The notes under the pieces were generated by a model. It was not told the origin of the DNA. It searched no databases and saw only the letters and a list, made by a program, of their open reading frames with translations. Of a stretch of DNA of 64,000 nucleotides, positions 12,281 through 25,200 are shown one piece after another. This DNA is from Lama guanicoe (taxonomy: Eukaryota), in the NCBI GenBank assembly GCA_013239625.1, contig MU054823.1, positions 276,305 through 340,304 on the forward strand. Direction: 5' to 3'. The position numbers and the translations under genes are program-made. Each line of letters starts with the position of its first letter. The first letter of the stretch is position 1.

Positions 12281-15200
12281 CCACCAGGAAGCCGCAGGGG
12301 CGAGGGGAGCGTGTAGAGCCATGGCCACCAGCAGGGATGCCCAGCCTCGTGCTGAATTCCTCCTTAATAATCAGTCGTCACTTTGGAGAAGCATCTCAGA
12401 GCCTTCAAAATCGCAGCCCATACCTCGTCAAACCACCCAGAGATTACTCAAGATTCACTGCATAGACGCAAAAATAAAATAAAACAGGGCGGCCCAGCAA
12501 GCGCAGCCCTGGTGACAGCACCATCTATAGTCGGGACAGGGCAGCTTCCAGACTCATCTGCTTAAGCATGGCGGCTTCTGTTTACTCCGCACTTTCACGT
12601 CAAATGAATTCGGAAAGAGAAAAAAAGTGACAGGCAGTTTAGGGACATAAGTCACATTTCAGCTTCAGCTCAGATTAATGAACTTGCTGGAAACCGGCGA
12701 GGACACAGGCAAGTCCACAGATCTCAGAACAAAAACATTGAATGCTCGCTCAGCATGAGCCTCAGCCCTGGGAGGTGCTCCGTGGGGCCCTCTGATGCCT
12801 CCAGGACCTGGGCCTACACCACAGACCCCAAGCCCCGGGGCTGGTTCTGGGCAGCAGTGGTGTGAAGTCCTCGAGCCCCGGACCCAGTCCCACCAGGGCC
12901 ATCAGCCACTGCCCCCACACAGGCGAGCGTCCTTTCTAGGAGGGGCCCCACCCCGTCCCTTGCTTCCCCCCTGCTCCAGCCCCAACACGCTCCGCTGGCC
13001 AGGGCAGCAGCCACCTCATCCAGCCGTGGCTCTTGACAGGACATCAGACACGTCCCCAAAGACCCTGGCGGACAGCGCCCACGGGGCCTAGGAGCTGCGG
13101 CCCAGCGCTTTCCCGCCTTCTGTCTGTCCCAACGTGGACGAGTGCAGACCATCCGAAAGAACTGGATGGGCTCGCGTCCCATCGACTCTCCTCTCGGGTA
13201 CTTCTGGAGTCAGGGCCTCACCACAGAAGCCCCAGAACCTCCTCTACCTCCAGACAGACAGAGCTGGTGGCAGGAAGGGGACGCCCAGGACTCCTGCTGT
13301 GAATACAGGCCCCATGTGGCCCCTTGGCTTCCCACTCACTGGGCAAAACCAAAAAAGGGGCTGAGAGTAGGTTTCTGTCTAAGTCAGGAGAGAGGGCAAA
13401 GCCACCTCGTGAGGCAGGCGTGCACCCTGGTCCCCAGGACGGTGCTGACAGTGGTCTCGGGCCAGAGTGCTGCATGTGGGCTTCCAGAGGGGAACAGGGA
13501 CCCCGCAACTCTATTCCCCTGCCCAGACACCAGGACCCGGGCCTGCGGGCGCCCACCTCCCAGCTCCCGCAGAGCAGGCAGCAGGCAGAGGAGCTCAGCT
13601 GCTCCCCCGCCCTGGGCTGGCGGGGCAGGTGAGCAGCAGCCAGGCCTCTCTCGGTGTGGGACTGAGTGTGGCAACCCGCTCCCTCTACACTTTGAGGGGC
13701 ATGTCATTCCTTGGCACAGGCAGGGAGGGACTTGGCAAGGCCACGACCATCAGGTGCGGGTCTACACTGAGCCCCGGCTCCAACTCAGCCCCTGCCCGCC
13801 CAGGGTCACACAGTGTGCGCCGCCCACTGGGGCTCCCTGGGCTCCTCCTGGATGGCAGCCCCCAACGCACACAGTCTCCTCTCTGCAGTGACTCACGGTG
13901 AGTACCTGTAGCAGGGTGGGGTGGTCCAGGGCCACCGCACACCAACACCGGCACTGTCGGCTGCTGGGCCACCTGCCTCACCTCCCACCTGTGTCCACTA
14001 GCCCCCGACTCCGCCCACAGATTCCCAGGACTGCCAAGGACTGCCGAGACCTGCCGGTCGGCCCCTCCACAGGGGCCCCCATGCTCATCCCCAGTTAACG
14101 TGGGGCCATCCTGGGGTGGGCTTGGCCACATCTCCACACACAGGGAGGGCGCTGGGGCCGGGAGCAGCTGGGAATCTGCCTCAGAGCCCCCAGCCACCAA
14201 GCGTGAGCCAGGACTTTGGAGCCTGAGCTGTCTGGCGTCCAGCATGGCCCCTGGGGGCTGCAAAGAGCCATCGAGGGCTGCACCCTCCCTGCTCCTGCCC
14301 CCCATGCCTGTAGTCATGCCCTCCCTGCCAGGCCGTCACCGTCGCTGGGATGAGCAGCTTGAGACATGCAGTGGCCATGCTAGGCTGGCAGCTGGGCCAG
14401 GCCTGTCCACTCCCAGCATAGACACACCACCAGGCCGGGTCTCTCCCAATGGCCCCCATGCCGTCCACCTGCCCCTCATCCCCAGAACTGAGGCAAAGGC
14501 ACACTCTCTGCCCTGCCACTGACCGGGCTGTTTGCCGCCTGACAGACTTGACACTCCGGCTGAAAGCGCGAGGCGATGGCTGCCTCAGAGGGGCACCCAG
14601 CCACCTCCCTCCTCAGGAACCCTTGCCCCACTGGGCCCGCCACACTCAGCACTGGCCCAGATGGACCGAAACCTGGGGCTTCCTTGGCTCTCAGAGGCCA
14701 AGAGGGAGAGACCAGCTGGTGACCCCTCAACAAAAGTCACCCCCTGCCCTGATTCGAGCCCCCTGGGAGAGGCGGGGCCTGGCCAGGCTGCCAACGTGGG
14801 GCTGGAATGCCGACTGCAGGAGGGGAGGCAGGAGCAAGAATCAATAAATCTGAACCTCANNNNNNNNNNNNNNNNNNNNNNNNNNNNNNNNNNNNNNNNN
14901 NNNNNNNNNNNNNNNNNNNNNNNNNNNNNNNNNNNNNNNNNNNNNNNNNNNNNNNNNNNNNNNNNNNNNNNNNNNNNNNNNNNNNNNNNNNNNNNNNNNA
15001 TTAGACCCACTTAGCGCTGTGAATTAATATGGAAATAGCAGGTGTAAATTTAACCTTATCGAGAGAGTGAAAATTATCTTCATAAATTTGTAGAAATAGC
15101 CCCAAGATGCTTATAAATCTATTTAAAACAAAAATATTACAAAAAGTGCAGTAAAATTAATTTAAAATAAACTTCGAGCTATTGCCTCCAGGAAAGTCGG

Positions 15201-16113
15201 CAGCAGGGCCTGGTGGGAAGGGAGGAGGGCAATGGGCACGTCTGACCACCTGGGCATGCTGACCTCCAGGCACGCCTATGGGGGTCAGTAAGCTGGCACC
15301 ACCCCCCATGGCCCCAGAGCCAGAGGGTGGCGGGGCCCGTGGGGGGCTGGCAGGACAGCCCTCTGCCCTGTGGTCCACGCCTCAGGGCACAAGGACCCCC
15401 TACTCCACAGCCTTTGGCCCGAGGCCATGTGCCCTGGAGTGCCCACTGCACCCAAACGAAAGCCCACGCTGGCCAAGCCGCTCACACACTGCTCCCCAAG
15501 CATGGCCAGAGGGCATAGGGAGCCGTCTGCCACTCCCCGATCTCCACCCACCAAGCCTGTCACCCCTGCCCCTGCCTCACGGAAGGAAGGGGCCACATCC
15601 CAGCTTCTGCAGCCTTCCTGCTCCTGGGCCCAGAGTACCCGGAAAAGAAGGTGGGCTGTCCACACTGCATGTGCCCTCAGCCAGAAGACGCCTGGAACGA
15701 AGCCATGGCACCCAGGGTGTAGGCCAGACCCTTGTGTGGGCAGGTGGAGGGCTGCGGCCTCCCCTCCTACCCTTGTGATCCACACGGACAGTGAGATGGT
15801 CCTGCAGAAGAGGCTGCTCAGGGCCCAGCCTCTCTCACCAGGAGCTTCTTCCTGAGGAATGCAAGGCGTGGTGTGGCCTGGGTGGCAGCTACTCCCAGAC
15901 CATGCCCAGCCAGGTAGCGGCCTGCAGACGGACGACAGGGCAGACAGTGTGTGGTACACGCAGGCCAGCCACACATCTGCAGGACCGCTAGACGGGAAAA
16001 GCAGCCTGTCCCCCAGCCGACAGACTGCAGACGTGGCACTCCTGGTGGGGAGCTCCGTCCCTGAGGCCCTCAGGCTCCCCTATGCTCTGGAGCCCACCAG
16101 CCTGGCCTCCTAC

Positions 16114-16267
16114 CTGGACAGGGAGAGGCGCCGTGCCCGCCAGGAGGGTGGGGTCGCGGGGCCAGGGGCAGTGCTGAGAGATGACACTGGGTTCTTCTTG
16201 ACGATGCGATAGCGGGTCTTGATCACTTTGCTGCTGGGAGGGGGCCGCAGGCCGTGCAGGCTGGAGG
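16114..16267 (-). CDS. ZC3H3: ZC3H3 coding exon 4
   Basis: Acceptor TTTCCCTGCAG|CC; SSLHGLRPPPSSKVIKTRYRIVKKNPVSSLSTAPGPATPPSWRARRLSLS; donor AG|GTAGGA; phase matches exon 3. Confidence 0.92.
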
Positions 16268-19200
16268 CTGCAGGGAAACCCAAGACACAGTGGTCAGCAA
16301 AGGTTGGTGGGGACTCCCATCATCTCTTGATCCAACCCCCCAGCCCCGTGCCCTCGCCCATTCCCGAAGAGTTGGGTGGCCAGGCCCTAGGGATGCTGAG
16401 AGATGCCGGCGGGGAAGCAGGGGAGCAGAAGCAATGCTTCTGGAGGGGGCGGGGGTTGACTATGGCAGCATCGCAGGCCAGTCCCCTCCATGACCAGCAC
16501 CAATGCCTCCAGACCTCCCCATGGGCAGCGAAGAGGGGCCTGCCTGTGACTCCAGGAGGCTGGGGGTGTGACACGCTCACCTTCCTCTCTGGCACCCCCA
16601 CCACGTGCCCACACAGATTTACGTACTTAATCATCTCTGTTTTCACAACATTTTGCTGAGTGATACACACCACGGCTTCTCTTCTTGCTGAACGTTTCAT
16701 GCAATTAACAGGGATCTGTTTTGCCCGAGTTCCCTTCACTTGATAGCCAGCAATTTCTCCATAGCTTCGAGGAACACATCTAATTGCCTGACTTTCATAA
16801 TATACAGCTCTAACTGCCCAGATAATTAAAGCTAACGCAGCACAGGAATACAGGCACCACCGCGGCCTCTCCTGACTGACCCAGCGGCCCTGCCCCTCCA
16901 GCCAGGCTGCCTGGACCCAGGCTCCCAAAGGTGCCTCCTTGTGGCCCCCTTCAACCTGCCTGCACAGAGCCCAGAGCTCTGCTTGGAAGGGAGGTCACTG
17001 GTATAGTAAGTGGCTCCTTGGGGTTCCCACCCACCTAGATGCCCGCAGGCAGGCAGCACAGACAGGGTGCGGAGGGTGTTAGAGTTAGACAAGGGGGCAT
17101 GTCTGCCAGGCAAGAAGGCCAGGAAAACACACAAGTGGTCTCACCACCTGACCTTTGGCACAGGATGGGCCTACATATGACCCCTGGGCAAGAACTGGCT
17201 CACCCTCAGCTGAGGCTGCCTGGAGTCTGGGATGGCCCAGGAGAGGGAGCGGCAGGGGCACAGTAATGCCAGGCCCACAGGCCCCTCACGCCCACCTGCT
17301 CAGTGCCAGCCCTGGCTGTGGTCAGCCACCCACCTCTCCATCGGCACAAAACACTGCTCCATGACTCTGCTCCCCTGAGCCCCAAGGATGAGTCCTCCCA
17401 GAATCTGCAAACCCTACAAAGAGCAGTTACTGCTCCATGAACCACGCCAGATCATCTTCCAGAGCCTTAAACACAGCACAACACCGGCCCTAGCCAGGCC
17501 CTGCCCCAGGCAACAGTCAGCACCTTGGCCCAGATGCCTCCTGCGGCCTCTCCAGGCTCTCCCAGCCTGCAGGAGTCCCCTGTGCCCTCGGCCACCCACA
17601 CGGGAAGACCAGGACATAGCGCAGGCTCAGGGCCCTCCAACTAGAGGAGGAGGATCTGTAGGCTCCGTCACCCAGCTGGGGTCGGGGTGGACGTGCAATG
17701 CTGGCAGCAGGGGACACCTCTGCTCCCGGGACTGAAGGCAGGGACCCACCAGCTGCCCAGGAAGAGGGGACACGGATGTCCAGGCAGTGCCAGGCCAGCA
17801 CAGCCCAGCAACAGCACAAGTCTCCCTCCACTATCTCTGTCTCTCTGTCTCTCTCCCCATCCCTTCAAAGGCAGCAGCTCGGGGGAGTCGGGGAGAAGGA
17901 GGGAAGCTCAGTGAAAGCACAGGGTACCACCTGGGATGCGATCTTGCTGAATGACCAAAGTCAGCGAAGCTCTAGCCCTGGCTGTACCGCACATTTGGGA
18001 TGTAGGAGAGCCCAGCATACAGGGGGCGTCAATAAATAAATGTTTGTTGAATTGAATTTTCAAGGTCTTACAAGCAAGGAGAGACCAATGATAATCAATA
18101 ACATCTTGTTCAAACTAAGAGCTCAGGAACACGAGAATGCCTCTAAGCTACTGCCAAGCCCCACACTGACCTCACGGCCTCCAGACCCACCCCAGGCTCC
18201 CTCTCCCACGGCCTCTGCACCTGGACAGCCCACCTGCCTGTCCCCTCCACCCGGGTCACCATCCACAGCCCCGTTTCGACCTCCCTTGGCCACTACTATC
18301 TGCCAGTCCGGGCTGTGACATGCACCCTAGCCCCCACAACCCTGCTCTGCAGCTTGGGGGCATAGTTAGGCAGAGGCCCCTCCCCACAAACCTGGCTGCG
18401 TTCATCCCCAGCACTGGGACCCCCTGGCCTGGCCAGCTTTGCTCCCCCATCACCCAGACACACAATATCACCTTCCCCCATCCACCCCCACCCCTGTTCT
18501 GCCAGATGTCACCTCCTCCAGGAAGCCCCCAGCCCCCAATGCCCAAGGGACTGGACTCTGCATTCTAGAAAGTTCCTCCTAGCACACAGCGCCTCTGGGC
18601 CTGGCCCTCATTCCTGCCTGTTGACGGGCATCAGTATCTATAACAAATTCCTTTGCAGTGCAGGCCCACTGTGAAGTCAACTTCATTAACTCACTACATT
18701 TTACTTATTAGTGCCCAGATACCACTTCTAAGAAAATGCAGAGTAACAAAGCAGACCCCTCCCTAAAGGCTGACTGTTACTTCCCAGACATCACCACCTG
18801 CTAGACCCAGGCCCCGTGGTCCCGAGAGGTAGAGGGGAGGGCATACTAGCCCATGGCCCGGCCCCACAGTGGGGCCGTTTCCCAGATGGGCAACTAAGAC
18901 ACAGGTGGTGGCAGCACGAGTGACAACGGCCCTGGAGAGAACTGGCCAGGGTGCCCGTGCCGAGGTCACAGAGAGCTCAGCAGGGCGGGCGGAGGAGCAG
19001 GATTGCCCCTGACAGCCTGGGGGAGTGAAGGCTCCTAAGACCACTCATGGCACACAGGGACCAGAAAGTTGGGGTGGAAGCCGCTCCCGCAGCCCTGACT
19101 CCAGTGCGAAGGCAGAGCAGCAGGCGTGGGCTGATTGAGAGGCCCTGCCGCCTGGCATCCTTGTGCGCGCGGGCGCCCAGGCCTCACCCGGCCCCGTGGT

Positions 19201-22200
19201 GCCGGAGCGCTGCCCCAGCGCGGCCCCGCCAAGCAGCCCTCTCTCCCTGTCCTCCTGGCTGGCTGAGAGCTTGTGTAGATAATCATGTTATTTAAATAGG
19301 AAGTTGGTTTAATTCCCTTCATTACAGACTCCCAGGGCTGTAATTTTTTTCTCTGCATGATGTATTCCCTGTGGCACATTTCACTCAAATCAAACCCTTC
19401 GCGCCTTTATTGCCAGCGATGGCCAGGCGCCGCGTTATCAGGCCCACACACACAGCCCTTTCCACCCCACCATGCAGAGGTCACTTCTAATGACTAATCG
19501 ATCTCATTAGCTTCCCTAATTAAAAACTTTACTACCGCAGTAGAAGACAAACTGCACAAAAACTGCTGGCATCATATTTGAATGGGATATGAGCCCATCC
19601 ATCAGCGGGGCCCTCGCTCCTGCCCGGCGCGGGGCCTGGGGCGGCCTGCCTCTCCACTTCCCAGGCTGACTCGCGGGGTGGGGGGCGCTTTCCCGGGGCC
19701 CAGCACGGGTGCACCACGCACAGACACCCTCTCCGAGAGGCAGGCCACCAGGCCCAGGGCAGCAGGCGGCGGAGCCTGGTTAGTGTGGCTCCTACTCCAG
19801 CTCACACCACCTCCGGCTGCAGAGGCAGGGGAGTGCCAGCTCTCTCAGGCCAGGCCATGCAGCAAGAAGCGCAGGGCTCCGCCCATCTGTTGTTGGGCAC
19901 TGTCTGCAGCGAACGCTCCCTCCGGCTGACCCCTGCCCCCCAGAAGAGCCACCACAGATGGCAGAGCTCATCAGGCGGAGGTCATGGCTCTCACTCTATT
20001 TTACTGCAGAGTGGGAGTTGAGAGAGAGTTCAGATTTTTATGGAACTTCAAAAGGAGATAACTAGGAAGAAATCGAGCTGCTGATTTCACAACTGCTTAC
20101 CGAGTGAAAAGAAGATAACCAGGACTCTGAGCCTGAGGCCGCCACCAGGAGAGGGGAGGCTGCGGCACAAGTTCCAAGAGCCCGGGCAGTGAACAGCCAA
20201 CAGGGCTGTCTGGCTTCCCTCCTGGCTCCCGGCATCCACAGAAACAGGATGGGCTCCATCAGGAGGGGCGGGGCGGGGACCATGAAGTGGACCTTGCCCT
20301 ACCACCAAGGAGCAGGGACCAGAAGGTCCGCCACCCTGGATTTGGCCTGGCTGTGCTCCAGGCCCCACGGCTTCTTGTCCACCAGCCTCTGGGCCTCGCC
20401 CACCAGCAGGCCACAGGCGGGGCATTGGGGCCTCCAGAAATGGGCAGACCAAGTGCCAGATGGCAGAGCTGCCCACAGCTGGGCTTCCACCCCGTCCAGG
20501 GGCCCCTCCCCCAGCATCTGAGGGCCAGTGGGCTAGGAGACGGCTGGGGCACTGCTGGGAAGGCATAGCCCGAGAGTACAGCCACTCTCAGACCTTCCCA
20601 GCTGGAGGGCAGGACAGCTGAGCAGAGGCCAGTGACCAGTGCCTGAGCACAGAACTCGCCAGAATCAGCCACACAAGGCGCCTGGGCTGGGCAGAGCCTG
20701 TGGACAGAGAATCCCGACTGCCTGTGGGGCACCCTAGAAACCAAGCCCCGTTCTTCAAGGAGGGGTGGGTACCAGACCAGATCCCCAGGCCCATGGGCGA
20801 GGGGCGTGGGCAGGGGCGGCATGGGTGCCTGGCCTCTCAGGGCCACCGTGGAGGGGGCAGGAACCAGGCTGGCAGGGCTGCGGGGCAGAGGGCCCTGTGC
20901 CAGCCCAGGCTTTCCTGGGCCCAATTCCGTGTGATTTGACTTCCCCCAAGTGTCGCCGAGTCTGCTTTTCAACAACAGCTGCCTCGACACTCTGTCAGCG
21001 CCTCTGACTTCACTGGTAAAAGCTGCTCAGCCTTTTCAGAAGCCACACTGATTTCTGCTCTTTGGCCCTCAAGCCACCCTCTTGTCCTGGAATCCAGGTC
21101 TGTCAGCCGTCAGCGCCCCACCTCCTGCCACTGTGCCAGCCTCCCTCAGGCCCCCCATGGCCGCCACGCCGGGTGGGCACAGCACACGGGGGGGACCTCC
21201 ACTTGACCTGAGCCTATGGGCACTGCCAACTAAAGCAACTTTGACACATTTGAACTTGCTCTTCTGGTTTCTATGGTCGAAAGACCAGTTTCCAAGGGCG
21301 TCCCCCTCAAGGCCTCTTGCTAGGGCATCCACCTTGACTGCCCCCCGGCTCCCACGAAAGCAGGCCTCTCAGACTAACTGCCTGGTCAGAGCCGGCATCA
21401 GATGCAAGGTGCTCAGCGGTGCAGGGGCTGTGTGCCACAGGCCGGATCCACGAGAAGCACCTCCAGCTGGCCTGGGTGGGGCCCAGGCAGAGGGGACAGC
21501 GTGGCCACAGGCCTGGAAACAGCAAGGAGCTGGTGGTGCCCTACCTTCTCCTGGCAGGAGTGGGGAAGTGGAATGGGGGGCTGCTGGGGGCTGGTATGGA
21601 GTTGGGGTCCCCCTCTGTGCTGCCTCGAGGCTGGTGGAAGGCTCACAGCTTGCTCCCAGACTCTGCACCACCACAGGAACAGGGACGGGGGGTTCTGGAC
21701 AGCAGGCAGGAAATGAGAAGCCCAGAGCCTGAATGGGGAAGGGTCCCCAGAGAGCCAGCAGGAGAGGCTGAGCCCAGACAGGCTCCAGGTACCCAGCTCA
21801 GGATGCGTCACAGGCCCTTCCAGAGCCTCGCCTTCCCACCCGCACACCTGGAAAGCCAGGCCCACAGTGGGCAGGAGCAGGCGAGGTTCAGGTTAGCCCA
21901 GAAGGCTCCCAGCCCCCTTGGCAGCAGCAGGTGGGCCTCACACAGGACAGGAGGCCGCGTGCGGGAGCCAGACATGCAGGGCCCAGTAGAGCGGGGGTCA
22001 GGCAGCCCCTCCGCAACAGTGGCCAAGCCGCCTTCTTGGAAAACCAGCCACAGAACAGGAGACACATGCTTCTGAGAGCACGCAGCAGCACTGACAGCCC
22101 TGTTGCACGTCGGAGCCACGTGCAGCCTGGGGCTGGCAGGACGGCAGTGCCCACTGCTGGAGCTGCAGCAAAAGCCGCGTCAGCAGGACGTTGTCTCGCG

Positions 22201-25200
22201 AGGAGGGTGGCGCAAGCAGAGCTCCTGGGGCAGGGGGGGTCGTCCAGACCACAGCTGGCTTCTCTGGACACCGCCCATCCACCAGGACATTTCTGAGGGC
22301 CAGCCCCGTCTGAGCGGTCACCTCGGTGACACTCACAGTCCTGGAGACAGTAAAGCCATGACTGCACTGAGGGGTGAAAAGTGCCCTGGGGTTCTGAGCA
22401 GGGGAGAGCAGACCCCAGGGGACACCACGAGAGGCTTCGAGGGGGCACGCCACTTGCAGGGAGCAGCCAGGAGGAAGCTGAGGGAAGTGTGGGCTCTGAG
22501 GCACGGGTGCTGCAGATAGGGGTCCCCAGGAGGCCTCCTCAGGCCTGTTTCTCCTGTCTCTGCAGCAGCTGCCAAGGGAGAGCTGGCCTGGAGTCTGCAG
22601 CCTGCCCAGTACTCTCCCTGCTGACCCCCAGGGCCCTGCCCCGACTGTAGCTGGGCCCGCCCTGCCGAGACATGTGCACACAGACACAGGCATGTGCACA
22701 TATCAGCACAGGTGTGCATGTGCACACACACCCAATGTGGCCAGCCCCTCACCACATGACCACAGGTCCTTCAGTTCTGTGCTGAGCCAGGCTGGACAAG
22801 TCTAGATGCAGGGCTGCAAACTCCAGAAGCTGCCCGACCCTGGGGCGCTGGGAAATCAGCAGCTAGAATGGGCTCCAGCCTGGGGACCTGAGGGGAAGGC
22901 ACCCACGACCCAGTGTCCACTGACACTGGTGAGGTAGGGGCCAGAGGCTACCCCACCTGTCTCCCTTGGCTCAGGGTAGGCGGCAAAGATTTGGAAAAGG
23001 GCCCTGGGCAGATGGTTGCTTAACCCCAGGAAGCCCACCAGGCTCTCCCCACAGACCAGGGAGCTCAACCTGACCCCCAGGCAGTGTGTCGGGGGCACAG
23101 GCAGGCCCGGCAGGCATGGGCCCACTCAGCCGGGGACACGCTGGCTGGAGCCAGGGTTGGTGTGGATGCCCTCAGGGCAGGCTGGGCTCCAGGCAGGAGA
23201 GGAAGGAGTCTGCACTCAGCTCAAAGTCCCTCGGGATTCTGGCCACTTCGGCCCTCTGGGCAGCCAATTTTCCGGAAGAAACAGGCGCTCAGCCTGGCCT
23301 CACCTGCCCTGGGTCTGTGGCCAGTTCTTCAGCAAGATGATTGCTAACGAGGCCTCACGGTGGTGGGCGGGGGAGGGCAGTCCCCACACTGGCCCCATGC
23401 TGGCCCCCACCTTCTCACCGAAGGGCTGGGGCAGGGGTCAATGCTGGGCAGAGTTCTGGACCCGGCTAGGCCGTCAGCAGAGCACCAGCTTCCAGTCTGT
23501 CACCTCTTCCTAGTGGCCTGAGCCTCTCCCAACTACCAGGATTTCCCTTTTCCGAATGGCCTTAGAATCTGCATCTTCTCTCCTCAGAGTGGCGATGCCA
23601 GCTCCACGGTGGACAATGCTGGCCTGGTGTCCAGCCTGCTACTTTCTGGGTCTTGGTATTTAAAAGCAGCACACAGGCAGGCTCAGTTTCTCTCTCCAGT
23701 CTGATAACCTCCATTTAATTAAAGCATGTAGTTCACGTACATTTATTCCAGTAAGTGGGATGTCTCGTTCCACATCCACGTCTCACACCTGTGTGGCGTG
23801 CTCTCAAGTGCTACCAGGTGGTGTCTGGGTCTCCCAGAGACCCAGAGCCCCCAGCAAGGGACCAGTCCCACTGCCTGAGTACCAGCCAGGTTCCCCCAAC
23901 CTCAGGCCGCAGACCCCTCTCCAGTGAGGCCAGAAGCAGGGCGGCTTCCTTATCTGCCCTTCTAGTCAGCACCTTGACCTCCTCCACAACACATCTGCCG
24001 AGGCCTGTCCACGGCCAGGCTCAGCCACAGTACCTGCAGCCATACGTTGCCTGTTCCCGAGAGGGGAGGCCCACACCATTCCGCAGACACACACCCCTTG
24101 TGCAGACTCTGAGGAGCTCAGGGAACCTCCCTGGCCTCTCCTGCCCTAGACTTCATAGCTTAGCAAACACCCCTGGGCTCCCTGGGGAAACGTGAGGGTC
24201 AGGTCGGGGCCGTCCGGCTGCTGCTCCTCTTTCACAGATGTGAAGAAGAGTGGCTGCCACCCTCCCACCACTGCCTCTGGGCTCTCGTCCCTGCCTTCAG
24301 CCGTCAGCGGGGCGCCCCCGCCGGGGAGGAGCTGCGGGAACGAGCACTAATGAGCATCACTTCCGTGGCAGGCCAGACGCCAAAGCCTGCAGGTGGCCCG
24401 CGGCCAAGACGCGCGGCAAGATGGGCTGCTGGGATCCCCCGCCTCTAAGGGAAGGGGAGCAGCAGAAGCAGGTGCTGAGAGAGGCTGGGCCCTCACCCTG
24501 CCCAGACCTCCAGGCCCCTCTGCTGTTTAGGGGGAGGGCCCGGGAGGGTTGCTCTGGTCACTCTGGGTCACACTTCACCATCAGGAGAAGCAGGGAGCCT
24601 CTGTCCTCTCGTCCCCTCCACACAGAACCCACAATGGCTGCCGCACAGCAGACGGGAAGACTGAGGCCCAGAGAAGGAAAGTGACTGCCCCTGGTGCCCA
24701 GCAGGATGGAGCCCAGGCTGGGCCAGAGTGGGTGCTGGGCCAAGGGGCCTTTGCCCGGGGTCTCTCAAGAAGGATGGAAAACAGGCTCAACTCTCACCAA
24801 CACCAGCCTGGAAGACAGGGGCACACGCCACTCCACCCCACAAAGACGCTGGAAACATACCTGCCAGCTGCCCTGCGCCAGACCCACCCCGCACCTGCAG
24901 GCCTCTAACTAGCACTCTCACACAGGGGCACTGGTCACCTGGTGCCAGCCCTGGGCCCACTGCATTCAGTGCCCCCGCACCCGCCCCATGGAAGGTTCAA
25001 GTGCCTGCAGGCGCGGGGATGGCAGCCCAGGCAGGAAGCGCGCTCGCCCCGCCCTGCGCTCGCCCTGCGGGAGCTGCCAGAAACAGCGCTCTAACAAGCT
25101 TCAGACGTGGATGACTGGGATCGCAAAGTATGAATTTTTATGAGTCTAATAAATCACTCCACTTTTCCTGTGTCTGATGGCTCCCAGCACTTCAGACACT

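Noticed and set aside
1-16113. Further ZC3H3 exons (exon 5 onward, CCCH fingers)
   Set aside because: No phase-compatible exon with the expected sequence or C-x8-C-x5-C-x3-H motifs found; presumed to lie left of the window.
18562-18576. Perfect three-unit heat-shock element aTTCtaGAAagTTCc
   Set aside because: About one such match is expected by chance in 64 kb; isolated and intronic.
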